Of a stretch of 64,000 nucleotides of DNA, positions 1 to 11,940 are shown one piece after another. The translations under genes and the position numbers were made by a program. The notes under the pieces are model-generated. The model worked only from the letters and a program-made list of their open reading frames with translations, did no database searches and had not been told where the DNA came from. How positions within the stretch are numbered: the first letter of the stretch is position 1; each line of letters starts with the position of its first letter. This DNA comes from Rhina ancylostomus. Its lineage: Eukaryota. The stretch spans positions 9,952,629 through 10,016,628 of the forward strand of contig JARFYF010000064.1 of NCBI GenBank assembly GCA_030265395.1, in the 5' to 3' direction.

Positions 1-45
1 AGGGGAAGAGTAAAGACATCAGGGACCAGGCTCCTGTGATTCAAG

Positions 46-322
46 TAAAACAAACAGAGAGTGTTGGAAACACTCAGCAGGTCAGTCAGCATATGTGGAA
101 GAAGAAACAGAGTTAATGAATCAGGTCCAAGAACCTTCGTCAGAACAGGGAAAGAGAGAAAATGAGTTGAAAGCTAACTTGTTCTCTGTCTATCCCACTT
201 CTAATGAAAGGTCACAACCTGAGATATTAACTTTTGTGTCTTTCTCCACCAATGCTGCATGACCTTCTGAGTGTTTCCAGCATTTTGCGTTTCTGTTTCA
301 GATTTGCAGCATCCACAGTTAT
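46..322. mobile_element. Inverted pair of Penelope-like terminal-repeat (pLTR) fragments
   Basis: The left arm (tgttggaaacactcagcaggtca...aaccttcgtcagaa) is the degenerate reverse complement of the right arm (ttctaatgaaaggtcacaacctga...ctgagtgtttccagca). The same motif ends the GIY-YIG-bearing copies at 2530-3565 and 47845-48985. Confidence 0.7.
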
Positions 323-458
323 TTTGAAACAACGTTGGAGCAGTCAAGTGCCACCAGGATTTTGGTGTCATTGTCCACCCAGATCCCCTGCTAGAGATCC
401 AGGCCAGTGATGTCGCTCATGACTGCACCATCACCTCCCAGCCCAGTGGGATGCTCAC

Positions 459-614
459 CCTAGCCCCTTGTCCCGCCAGACTGCTCCTTCAGTTAGACCT
501 GAAGCAGGCCACGAGGGCTTCTCATGGGACACCGGTGTGGATTCAGAATGAAAAGGAGCAGCCTTCCAACAATCAGGCTGCAGCCACTGCAATGTAGTGG
601 AGGTACATGCAGAC
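459..614 (-). other. Candidate exon, 156 nt, phase 2-2, product unrecognised
   Basis: Minus-strand acceptor cctttcatgtag, donor AGG|gtgagc. One open frame (SACTSTTLQWLQPDCW...DKGL). No family recognised. Confidence 0.25.
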
Positions 615-872
615 CTACATGAAAGGTGATTGTTCAAAATTGATCCAATTCCAGACTTTTAATTCTCTTTCTGGAACATATTCAAATGTAAATGGTTTCA
701 ATCAGAATGTTAGCAAGGTTAAGAAAAGTGAGATCCTAGTTAATTGAATTTACTCCACATTTCAGTATAACTGATTAAATAATCTGTGTCTACCTAATTA
801 CTTCTGTGTCGATAGATTACTATTGCAGAAGGAGAAGATATAACTTAAAAATTCTTACTCCAGATCATGAAG

Positions 873-1062
873 TGCAAGTTGTTAGATTAATTGGCCGTTT
901 CATATTGCTTCAGGTGTGCAGCCAAGTGGTAGAATCTGGACAGAGTTGAAGGGAATTCGGGGAGAATAAAATGGGATTAGTGTAAGTGGTTGCTCGATGG
1001 TCAGCATGGGCATGATGGGCAGAAGGGTCTGTTTCCATGCTGTGTGACTCCATGACTCTATA
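873..1062 (+). mobile_element. HE1/V-SINE-type SINE, 3' fragment
   Basis: gttagattaattggcc...atgggattagtgtaagtgg...gggcagaagggtctgtttccatgctgtgtgactccatga (CR1-type tail), shared with many copies in the window. Confidence 0.7.
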
Positions 1063-1544
1063 CATCTCTATGACATGAAGAGTGCCACTCAAAACACCCT
1101 GCTCCCTCTTCAGATGAGGTGATTTGCTCCCTTTCAGACCAGTGAAGTAATGGAAATTGCAGGGTGATTTAAGCTGCACCTCCCTTTGCATCCTCTGAAG
1201 TCCTTAAATTTATAACCAATACTCTCATGGAATCTGGAATTGGAATTGGTTTATTATTGTCACTTGTACCGAGGTATAGTAAAAATATCATGTAAGAGTA
1301 TTAGACATGAGAGAGGTGCTTACACTGACACCCTGGTGAAAGGGGTGAGTGTTTCCATCACAGAGCCTGACACACTATCTGCACCCTCATAAAGATATCC
1401 TCACTGGTATTTCCAGCAAGGCTCACACAGATTGTATGAAAACCATGTTTACAATTCCAATGTAATAAATCTTCAGGGAGGGATCTCTGGTTTTCCTATA
1501 CATCACTCAGGTGGTGAAAATGAGGGGGGTGAGAGACAACTCAC

Positions 1545-1587
1545 AGCACGAATGTATTTGACAAGTGAATCAGCTTCTCTATATCAT
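1545..1587 (-). other. Candidate small exon (43 nt; 62 nt with an alternative start at 1606)
   Basis: Donor GCT|gtgagt and an upstream pyrimidine tract. Reads DDIEKLIHLSNTFVL and is phase-compatible with 459-614. Confidence 0.22.
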
Positions 1588-2529
1588 CTGCTTTGCCGGA
1601 GTGATGCTCAAAGAGAAAGAGGAAGGAAGAAATAATGATTCATTTCAGACATTTAAACAGAATAAAACAGGCACACAAACTGCACGTTCAACCCGTCTTC
1701 CTAGCCTCTAGCATTGATTCACAAAGGTAAATATTCTATAATTTAATCTACCAGATACTGTACATACATCCAAGAAGCAGATTGCAGTATACATTCTAAT
1801 TGCCTCCAATTAGTTTCAAATTGAATTCTATCAAAGAATAGAAAAGGAAGAAAACAATTTGGTTTAAATTGTGTTTGCAATTAAAATCACTTTTAATATA
1901 TTGGGTATACTGTCGTACATCATTTGAATAGTGCAGCAGCAAGCTCATGCTGCAATCTGCAGCCTACATTAACTATTAATAAAAGCAGTAAATAGATGGT
2001 AATAGATGGCTGAAAATGAATTACAAGCTAGTAATGTAAGCAAAGAGTTGTGATGGCATGTATCATGAATAATGGGTACCTGTGACTGATTGCAAGGTTA
2101 GAATCTGATTCAAAGCAGGAGGTATTAAACATAGAATAATCTGCAGTTGGTGAATGTAAGGGCTCGCTGAGTTTGATGTGATGTGTGCACTATCGGCAAA
2201 CATCAGCAGAACAGAAACCCTGACAGGATTCATTGCCTGGTGCCTATTTTCCTTGAAATACTTCTCCTCAGNNNNNNNNNNCATGTGTGGCTCCAGAGGA
2301 TGGATAAACCTAGGGTCACACTCACAATCCACTGCTCATTGGGCTGTGGTCATGGGGAAGTGTGGAGCTGCAACTTGCTACACAGGGCAGAGGCAGGAAC
2401 CATTTCCAGCTTCTTCCACTGGCTCTGGATGAAGGACATGTGAGATTGGTTTGGTAAGGAGCTCTTGATGAAGTAAAGGAACCTGTTTAAAATGAACAAA
2501 AGGCACGAGACCAGTGGTTCTTTTAATCT

Positions 2530-3565
2530 TGTTTCCAGCAGTTGAAAATCCAAAAACTGCAATAAAAACAGAGAATGCTTGAACCATGCAGCAGGCTAGG
2601 CAGTATCTGTGGAAAGAGAATCAGGATCAGGTTTTTTGTCACTGACGTGAAATCTGTTGTTTTACAAAGCAGTACAGTGCAAAGACATAAAAAGAATGGA
2701 CATGGCCCACTCTTCCAACTCCACCAAACACTTCCCACTTCATGGCACTTGCTCGTGAGCCTGCAGGAGATGCAACATCTGTTCTTTTACTGCATCCCTT
2801 TCCACTACCCAGGAACACAAGCTGTTGATGAAGCCTAACTGGTTGATAGATTAAGGAGAGTGAAGCATCAATTCACTTGCACTTCTTCCAATTGAGTCTA
2901 TTGCATTTGATTCTCAGGAAGTGGTCTCCTCTGCAGTGGAGAAACCAAATGTAGATTCAATGAAGCTTTGTGGACTACCTTTGTTGGTCTCTATGGACAA
3001 CCCTGAGCTTCCAGTTGCCTGTCCCTTTAAATTTCCATCCCACTCCCACTCTGGCCCATCTGTGGCTGCCAGCACTGGCAGCAAGACCCAACGTAACCTT
3101 GCTGAACTGCACCTCATCTTCCGTCTGGGCATGTTGAACTTTGGGACTCAGTAATCAGATCTTACAATTTCAGGTGACTTGCTTTCTCTGTTTCTATCAG
3201 AACCGGACATTTCTGTAGTTGGTTATCCAATTGGAATATGTACCCAATTTTTCTCTCTCTGGTGACACCACCTATTCTGCTTAATGTTTCCAGCAGGTCT
3301 AACCTGTATTTCACAGCAAAGTTCTCTCTCTCTCCATCCACTCTCAATAATCTGTCAACAACATAACTTCATCAACAGCTTAAAACTACAGCAATCCTGG
3401 TCCCATCTAGTCAGAGATAATCTCTCTGCCCCATCCATTCTTCCCCCAGTCTCTCTGCAACTTCAGACTAACTAGATTTCTCTTTTATCTGGTCTGATGA
3501 AGGTCTGATGAAGGGTCTTTGACCTGAAACATTAACTTTATTGATCTTTCCACAAGTTTGGTAGT
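2530..3565 (+). mobile_element. Degenerate Penelope-like element: GIY-YIG endonuclease remnant with terminal repeats
   Basis: ORF 2921-3154 contains PELPVACPF..PSHSHS..QRNLAELHLIFRLG, typical of the PLE GIY-YIG C-terminus. An inverted pLTR piece lies at ~2530-2640 and the 3' pLTR ctgatgaagggtctttgacctgaaacattaact at 3505-3537. Confidence 0.8.
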
Positions 3566-3929
3566 TTCCTGACTGAGACATGCAACGTTCAGCCCACATG
3601 TCTGTGTTGACTCTTGAATTATCCTCTGCAGATGTGGTGTCCTGGTTCTGAGTGCTCTGATCCAGCATGACACCAGGGAATGGAAATAAAAGTTAAAGGA
3701 AACATTTGGACCGGGCAGTTAGAGGAGGGTTTCCACAGCCCTGTACCCCTTTCCATTTCACAGATTTATCCAATTTCCCTTCAACAAATCCCTAGATAAA
3801 GAACTTTTTCTGTGCTCCTTTCCTCATTCCCATACAAGTAATTTTACATATATGAATCCTTGCCCCTGACCTCCTCAATTATAGGAAATAATCTTTCATG
3901 TTTCTCAACATCAGATATGGTCAACATTC

Positions 3930-4262
3930 ATGAGGTATAGCAACTATAGTGCACAGCAAGCTCCCTGAAAGATCAATAAGATAAATGCCCAAGCAATCTC
4001 TATTTTGATACTGATTGGTAGGCAAATCCTGACCAGAACACTGGGGAGGTCTCACCTACGATTTGTCTGAATTATTCATTGTGGAGCCAGTGTGACCTTT
4101 CTTCTGCTATTGCTCTGAAAGATAGCACATCTGACAGTGCAGCATTCCCTCAGTACTCCACCATTCTTTCAACCATGATTTCAGGCTCAAGTCTCTTGAA
4201 TTGGTCTTAAATCCACAGCATCCTACCTCAGAAGTGAGAGTAATACCAACTAAAGCCTTCTT
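3930..4262 (-). mobile_element. SacSINE1/Deu-type SINE
   Basis: Contains ctgaaagatagcacatctgacagtgcagcattccctcagtact and tgcacagcaagctccc, reverse-complement hallmarks of the Deu-domain SINE. Confidence 0.65.
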
Positions 4263-6139
4263 AACACAACATAATTTTAAAGAAAACTCTCATTGAATCT
4301 CATCTTAGCCTGCACTGCTGCAGTGAAAATACTTTCTGTGTCTCAGTTCTTTCTTCTTATAGTTTCCAGTTCTGACATCCTCAAGAATGTACTCTGACTC
4401 TTCTCAATAGTGTCAACATCCTATCTCCAACAGGGAGCCCAACACTTCCCACAATCCTGACCTGCAGCTTAAATCAATAATTTGCCCAGTTCCATCATAA
4501 AACTTCAGTATGCCACTTGCTTTTTTAAAGCTTTATCTAACCACATGGAGATTTATGATACTGGCAAAGTCTTTTCTATCTGACTGCTGATTAGCAGGAT
4601 TCATGAGCACCCATGTGGCGAATGTGTGATTAAGGTATCAAGTCACACTGCATCTGTTCATCCTATGCCTTTGAAATGATATTATCACATCAACTTAAGA
4701 TGCTGTTTGACTGTCCATTGGCAATGTAACCAAAAAAAAATAATCAGAGCATGAGACTGAGAACCTTTAGCAGCCGATATGTTCATCTAAACTGGAGCAT
4801 GAGCAGATCGATGAAATGAATGGTGGGGGATTATGGGATTTATGCGCAAGACTTGACATAAATTTAGACTAATTGGTCATGACTGAGGTGATGAGAGTAA
4901 CAGGTTTAAAGGCTTACTGTGTTTGAATCTCTCCCTGTAATCATTAGGTCCGCCACCAAGGCTGGGACATGAGTTAAGGGTTCCCGGTGAGGCTGTTATT
5001 TCAGCTCATGTCATAACCAAGATCTCCCATCATTAATCCAGACCCATTGATNNNNNNNNNNNNNNNNNNNNNNNNNNNNNNNNNNNNNNNNNNNNNNNTT
5101 TATTCTCAGAATCCTGTTATTAAAATGTCACATTTTTGCTGCAGTAGCTCTCTGATAACTGTGTGTCTCTGTAACTCAGTCCTTGTGTCAACCAACCACT
5201 GCTCACTAATTTTCACCATTGGTCACCACTCATACGATGAGGAAAGAGAGGATGAAGCCTGAGCAGAATGTATATGTGGGCATTGACTTATTTGGTCAAG
5301 TAACCTCTTTTGTGACATGTATCCTATGTAATCGTATGTAAACAAACTAAAGCTAACCGTTATACCCTGTTTGCTTTGGTCTGTTTGGAAGTGCTGCTGT
5401 GCACCCAACGTATTCTGTCTACCTCTCTTCATAATTAATTATTAAAGTGGTGTGCATTAACCCACTCATGGGCTTAATAAAGCCACAGGCTTCCATTCAC
5501 AGAGCTGAGATTTCTTATAGAAATGCCAGTCTTGCTGTGAAGAGTGATCAAGTGTGGATAAAACACTCATACTATAATGATTAATGACCATCTCTCCTTC
5601 GCACTCTGCTAATGGTTCACTGTGGGTTGACCTTAAACTACTTCACCCTTTAAATTCTTCCAATTGATTCCATTAGGTGAATTCCAAATACAATGACTGA
5701 AAATGGAAGGTTCCATCCTGTTATAACAAGAAATCTCCTTTGATTAAAAAAAAATTCCTTCTGCTTTAATCTGCAGTGGTGGACAAAAGTATTGAAAACT
5801 ACGAACTTATTAAGGATCAGTCTGGATTTCCTGTGTTAGGCTGAAATTCAATGCCAGTTGCATTTATCACCATATCAATCTGCTTTCTAGTTTTCTGGGC
5901 TAATCCCAAGGGCAATGCCAAGGAAATGATGCACTCTTGAGAGTGATCTTGACCAGAGAATTTTCTTTATGATGTACTTGTTTTATCTCAAAGGTGAAGC
6001 AATCTTGAGGTTGATTCAAAATTTTCAAACATTGCTATCTCTGCTTGAAAAAATGTTGTGCGTAACAGAGCCTCAAAAGCTCGATCAGGAGTCACTCGAG
6101 CTCAGTATTGTTTGGAGAACAAAGGGTAGAATAAAATGG

Positions 6140-6350
6140 CCTTTCTGGGAGCCTGGTTTCCTCCCACATCCCAAAGACTTGTGGATTGGTAGGTTAACTG
6201 GCCACTGTAAGTTGCCCTGAGAGTGCAGTGAGTGTAGAATCTGGAGGGACTTCTNNNNNNNNNNNNNNNNNNNNNNNAGTGGGATGAGTGTAAATGGATC
6301 CTTTATAGCCAGCACAGACTTGATAGACCAAAGGGCCTTTTTCTGTGCTT
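6140..6350 (+). mobile_element. HE1/V-SINE-type SINE fragment
   Basis: ggtttcctcccacatcccaaagac...ggtaggttaactggccactgtaagttgccc central domain. Confidence 0.7.
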
Positions 6351-7299
6351 TAGAGTGGCCCAGCAATCTCTGCTAGGAAAAATCTTAACAACTGGTGATT
6401 ATGATGGGAGCACACACAGATTGGAAGAAATGTAGAAAAGATCAACAATAACATATGCTGGTGAATGTTTCCAGAATTTTCTGTTTTGTTTTCAGATGAT
6501 ATGCAGTCTTGATCTAAGAAAATGTCCCACGGAGCTTCAGAGGGTGAGAACAGAGCACAAGGAGCACTGAGAGTGTGACCAAGAGCGGGTCTGTGCATCG
6601 GTCCAGGAGGATCATTGATTGATGTGAGGGAGATGGCAAGAGGTTGGGGAGAGAGTATCAGACTGAGATGGCTTGAATCAAAAGGTAGGGAGAGGATTCA
6701 AAGGACGTCAGAGAGAAGTGACACAGCTAGAATATCTGGCTGCAAGGGTTAGAATGTTCTGTTAGAAAAAGTAATTTTCTTCACAAAATTGAACTTCATA
6801 AAATTTCTTTTGTTTTCCCAATAGTGATGACATTTCAGAAGTGATGGATTGGATGTGAGAAGACGAGGAATATGATAAGTTGCCAAAGAAATGCAACATC
6901 TTCTATTGTGTTAATATTTCCCAATTTGTAGTGCTAACACTCAGTGAGGTGGAACATAGTTTTTGAGATGAAGGAGCTGGGATGTACTGTTTTATTGAAA
7001 GCTGTAATTCACAACTATCTCAATAACAGTGAGTGCCAAATCAAAAGATGAATTTTCTGCTGTTAATGTCTCCAAGGGTCCAATTTTCCAAGTAATGGCC
7101 AGCAACAATGCTACGATTATTGTCAACTCTATTTACTTCCAGTAGCAGGCAATATGGGAGACCCTGTGGCATCAAACTGGCCAGTTACCTCAAGAGCAGG
7201 AGAGAGAGGACCACCAGATAGGGGGATGGGCAGGGCAGGTTTCACAGGAAGAACAAGGCTATCAAATAGAAGTCCTGCTGTATGCAGGCATAGATGTGG

Positions 7300-8580
7300 T
7301 TATAACTCTCACTGGATGCAGACTCGGAGATATTGGATGTTACGGTGATATAGGTTCAATTGTTACTGACTGTCCTTGAGATACAGGTTCCACAGACACC
7401 CTTAGCCACTGGATGGGGGTTTCATGACACAGTGTCTCATTGGATAGGGTTTCAGAGACACTGACATTTCCCCATTGCCACTCGCTTCTACTCCCCCTCC
7501 CACTCCATCACAGATATGTCAGCCCTTGGCCTCCTCCACTGCCAGGAGAGTTCCAAGTGCAACCTGGAGGAACAGCACCTCATTTTCCATCTTGCAGCTG
7601 AACCGCCTGAAGATTGAANNNNNNNNNNNNNNNNNNNNNNNNNNNNNNNNNNNNNNNNNNNNNNNNNNNNNNNNNNNNNNNNNNNNNNNNNNNNNNNNNN
7701 NNNNNNNNNNNNNNNNNNNNNNNNNNNNNNNNNNNNNNNNNNNNNNNNNNNNNNNNNNNNNNNNNNNNNNNNNNNNNNNNNNNNNNNNNNNNNNNNNNNN
7801 NNNNNNNNNNNNNNNNNNNNNNNNNNNNNNNNNNNNNNNNNNNNNNNNNNNNNNNNNNNNNNNNNNNNNNNNNNNNNNNNNNNNNNNNNNNNNNNNNNNN
7901 NNNNNNNNNNNNNNNNNNNNNNNNNNNNNNNNNNNNNNNNNNNNNNNNNNNNNNNNNNNNNNNNNNNNNNNNNNNNNNNNNNNNNNNNNNNNNNNNNNNN
8001 NNNNNNNNNNNNNNNNNNNNNNNNNNNNNNNNNNNNNNNNNNNNNNNNNNNNNNNNNNNNNTGAAGAAGGGTCCTGACCCAAAACATTGACTGCCTGCTT
8101 TTCTCCACGGATGCTGCCTGGCCTGCTGAGTTCCTCCAACATCATAGTGTTTTACATTCAGAGAAACTGACTCTCATTGGATGGGGCTTCAAGACACAGA
8201 CTCTTATTGGATGGCGTTTCACAGACACAGACTATTAATGGATAAGGTTTCAAGACACAGACTCTCATTGGATGGGGTTTCACAGACACTGACTCTCAAT
8301 GGATGGAATGTGGGGAAGGTGTGAGGAAGATACTTGGGCACAGACTGTCTACTCTCACCAGGTGGGGATGTGTGGGGGCTTTCACAGACACGCTGGATTG
8401 ATGGTTGGGAGGGGGCTGATGGAGGGTTCCACAGACTGATTAGATCGATGTTTCATAGACATTAACTCTCACTAATGAAGGAATTTTAGAGGCATATGAT
8501 TCTCACTGGGGAAGGGATCCAATGAACATTGACTTTCACTGGACCGTGGGTTCCACAGTCACACTGGGAAATGGGTTTGA
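7300..8580. repeat. Degenerate 30/31-bp tandem array, split by a Penelope insertion
   Basis: Unit ~ctctcattggatggggtttcacagacacaga. Unit starts at 8171, 8201, 8232, 8262 and 8293; the same unit occurs at 7300-7470. Confidence 0.85.
7470..8158 (+). mobile_element. Penelope-like element 3' part (GIY-YIG C-terminus, gap, pLTR end)
   Basis: The frame from 7474 reads IATRFYSPSHSITDMSALGLLHCQESSKCNLEEQHLIFH. After the gap comes tgaagaagggtcctgacccaaaacattgactg...ctgctgagttcctccaacatc. Confidence 0.85.
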
Positions 8581-8884
8581 AAGTATTGTGGTCAGACGTG
8601 GTTTGAGCTGGAGAAGGAGACAGATTGGAACCAGCACTGGCTTGATGGCTGGACAGACCTCCTTCCCTGCCATGGTGGTTTATGTTTCTACCATCACATC
8701 TTCAGCATTTTATGGTTTGGTTCTCCATCTTTACCTTGGTGTCTACAACGATCAGGTTTTCTCATAAACCCCATTGCTGAGGTAACAATGGATCTGGTTC
8801 AGCTTGGTGGTGAGGCTAATTCCCATCATCCCACCCTTTGCTGGTTCAGCTAGTTTTAATAATTTTTGCATTTATCCATTTTTC

Positions 8885-10020
8885 AGGATTTGGGTGTTAC
8901 TTATTTATTGTCCATTATTTTTTGTCCATCTCTAACCACCCTTGAGAAGGTGGTGGTGAGCTGCTTTCTTGAACCACTGCAGTCCTTCCAGTGAAGGTAC
9001 TCCAAAGTTAGTGTTAGGAAGGGATTTCCAGGATTGAGACCTATTGAGGATGAAGGAGAAGCGACATTTTTCCAAATCAGGATGGAGTACAACTCAGGGA
9101 GGAACCTGCAGGTTGTTGTAGGGCTCCCATGTACCCACTGCCCTTGTCCTTCATGGTGGTCAGAGGTGTTGGAGGTGGTGTCAGAGTAACCCAGGCAGGT
9201 TACTGCCTTGTATTTTGTAGACTGCTCACACCGTAGTCACTGTACAGCAGAGAATCAGGGAATGATTGAAAGAATGTCACATCAGTTAGTGTCACAATTC
9301 CATAGATCCAAGATCCATCCTGACCTCCAGTGATGTCTGTGCAAAATTTGCCTGTTGTCCCTGTGACTCTGTGGTATGCTTCAGTTTCCTTCCATATCCC
9401 AAAGATCTGCAGGTTCATGTGACATAATTTCTATATGTTACCCCTAGTGTCGATTAGTGTCATAAGTATCAAAAGGCAGTTGATGGGCATAGGAGAGAGA
9501 TTAAGTTGCAGGATCACAGTGAAATAAGATGGGAAATGGGACAAATGGGATTGCTGGGATCTGGCATGGAATGCAATGAACCAAATAGCCTCCTTCTGCA
9601 TCATAATAAGAATCCTTTGGTGGTTGATGGGACGCCAATCAGACAGGATGCTTTATCCTGGATGGTGCAGAATTTTTTGTGCGTCTTTGGAGCTACACCC
9701 ATCCAGGCAAGCGGAGAGTATTCTATCACATTCCTGAATTGTGCCTTATAGGTGGTGGGAACTCTCTGGGATGTCTTGGGGTGAATACCGAGCCTGTGAC
9801 CCGTTCTTGTAGCTGTAATATATCTGTGGCCGATCCAGTCGCATTTCTGTCATTGGTGACCCTCAGGATGTTACTGGCGGAGCTCTTAGCCATTGAATGT
9901 CAAGATGGTTAGAATGTTTCCTGTTGGCAATGCTCATTTCCCAGAAATTTTGTGGCACCGATGTTACCAACTACTTTTCAGCCCATACCTTCATGTTGTC
10001 TAGACCTTGCTCCATACCTT
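8885..10020 (-). mobile_element. Old CR1/L2-group LINE 3' region with a nested + strand HE1-type SINE (~9285-9610)
   Basis: cttgagaaggtggtggtgagctgctttcttgaaccactgcagtcc motif, repeated at ~14970 and ~37170. SINE central domain (catatcccaaagat) at ~9390. Confidence 0.65.
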
Positions 10021-10314
10021 CACGTTTTAAACAATCCAATATATTCCTGTGGTGTGGGCACTGAGTGAACACATGGTCTGATGTTCCACCATAGTTAAAT
10101 CAGGAACACAACATCACAGATACAATCCGAGTTAAGTACAATACTAGCGTAATTAACAGACAAGTGTAAAAGAATGAACATGAAGAAGATAGTCTAAAAT
10201 ATGAGCCTGTCTCACCTTTACAAGCACTCCTAATCCGTGTGGAAAGCACTTTGATGTGAACTCTCCCTGACTATTCTTCCACACTCTCAACAGCTCACCC
10301 AGCAGTTAATTGGA

Positions 10315-10430
10315 GACACAAGAGACTGCAGATGCTGGAATCTGGAGCAACAAACAAGATGCTGGAGGAACTCAACGGGTCAGACAGCATTTGTGGAGGG
10401 AAACATTCAGTCGATGTTAAGGGTCAAATA
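10315..10430 (-). mobile_element. Penelope pLTR fragment
   Basis: agacacaagagactgcagatgctggaatctggagcaac...gctggaggaactcaacgggtcagacagcat is the reverse complement of 24430-24512. Confidence 0.75.
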
Positions 10431-11564
10431 ATAACTATTTGCTGTGTGTATCTAATTGATTTGATTTGAAGTGATTCAGTCTTTGCAAACACCCATCGAG
10501 GATCTGATTGAAGGTATCAGGGGGATCTGTCCGCCTTTACAAAACTGCAACTGGGTACTCAACTCTTACAAGGCATTAATAAATATTGGAAAAGTTTATC
10601 CAGTCGATATCTCTCCCAAAGGAAAAGGTTTGCAAGATGACAAAGATGGGATCCAAAGTGTGGAAACTGAGTGACCTTCTACTCTTGGAATAATTTCACA
10701 GAGTTAGTTATGGAGAAGATTAACAAGATAGATTTTATGCTGGCAGTGGTAGGAATGGACTCTGATGTGAATGGGTTATTCTTAGTCAATGAATTATGTC
10801 CTTAATTGAAATGAATACAGTCCTGCAGCAACAGTCTAGATGATTGAAGACTGCAATGTGTCAACAGATACACAGTCAGCCAAGTACGCCTCATGATGTC
10901 ATAAATTGGGAAAGTAAAGTTCGAGTGGTTTATGAATCTCAAGAGGTCTGTGGTTTGAATTACTATTGCAAATTCCACCCAGAATAAATACTGAATCACT
11001 TACTTTATCTTTTGACTTTTCTTTTACTTACACAAAAATCACACGTGAGTAGTTTAGCAGAAAGTAGGTGAAAGCTGTTGGTGACATTGATGACACATTG
11101 CAGCGTATAAGACATGTGACAGCATTGGGAAGTACTCTCCTAAATCACTCGGTTCTAAGCTATTCTATGCAGAGGAATCTAAGTGTTTCTCTCTGAATTA
11201 GTAAAGGGACATCATTACCACCCAGCTTTTATAGTCCATTCCTCAAGAATTGAATTGAAGTACCTGCAACCTTTATTGCCTTATCAACTTATGCTGCTGC
11301 TTTTACTGATTTATTCATCTGCAGTCCCACATCTGTTGTTCATCTCCTCCATTTAGCCTCTCACTTACCAAAGAGGAAGTGCTTCTTTAATGAGTCACTC
11401 ACACTTGCTGCATTGCATTTCATTTCTCATTTATCCATTTACCCTCTGAATCTGCTTCTGTTTTCTTGTGCTTTGCTGCAGTGTCATTATTAGCTCAAAC
11501 CTGCAGTGCTAGCAATTGGCTGACTGAGGAATTTTAATACTCTCCCCTTCTATTTCTCCTAGAA

Positions 11565-11940
11565 TGATAGAATCATACAAGTCCTTGGCCCACTGAGTCT
11601 GTGCCAACCAACAAGTACCCATTTACCACATCCCACGCTCATCCCAATTTATTTTTATTTTTTTCACTAATGCTACCCTAATCCATTTTATTCTTATCGC
11701 ATTCCCATCAACTGCCCCCAGCTTCTATTACTCACCTACTTACACATGAGGGGCAATTTACAGGGGCCATTTAAATTATCAACCCGCATGTCTTTGGGAT
11801 GTGGGAAGAAATTGGAGCACCAGGGGAAACCCTCGTGTACCAGGGAGAACATGCAAGCTCCACAGAGGNNNNNNNNNNNNNNAGTTTGAAACCAGGTCTC
11901 TGGTGCTGTGTGGCAGTGGATCTGCTAGCTGCCCCACCCC
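11565..11940 (-). mobile_element. HE1/V-SINE-type SINE
   Basis: tctttgggatgtgggaagaaattggagcac...tttgaaaccaggtctctggtgctgtg (tRNA-like head in reverse). Confidence 0.75.

Noticed and set aside
4725-5486. Possible solo LTR (TGTAAC...AATAAAGCCACA)
   Set aside because: It has an LTR-like texture, but there is no convincing TSD and no second copy in the window.
7475-8145. 150-230 aa ORFs spanning N-runs (also at ~20900-21350 and ~23650-24400)
   Set aside because: Their length is an artefact of translating Ns.
10471-10674. 67-aa ORF as a terminal coding exon
   Set aside because: Weak acceptor, no recognisable domain and no linked upstream exon.
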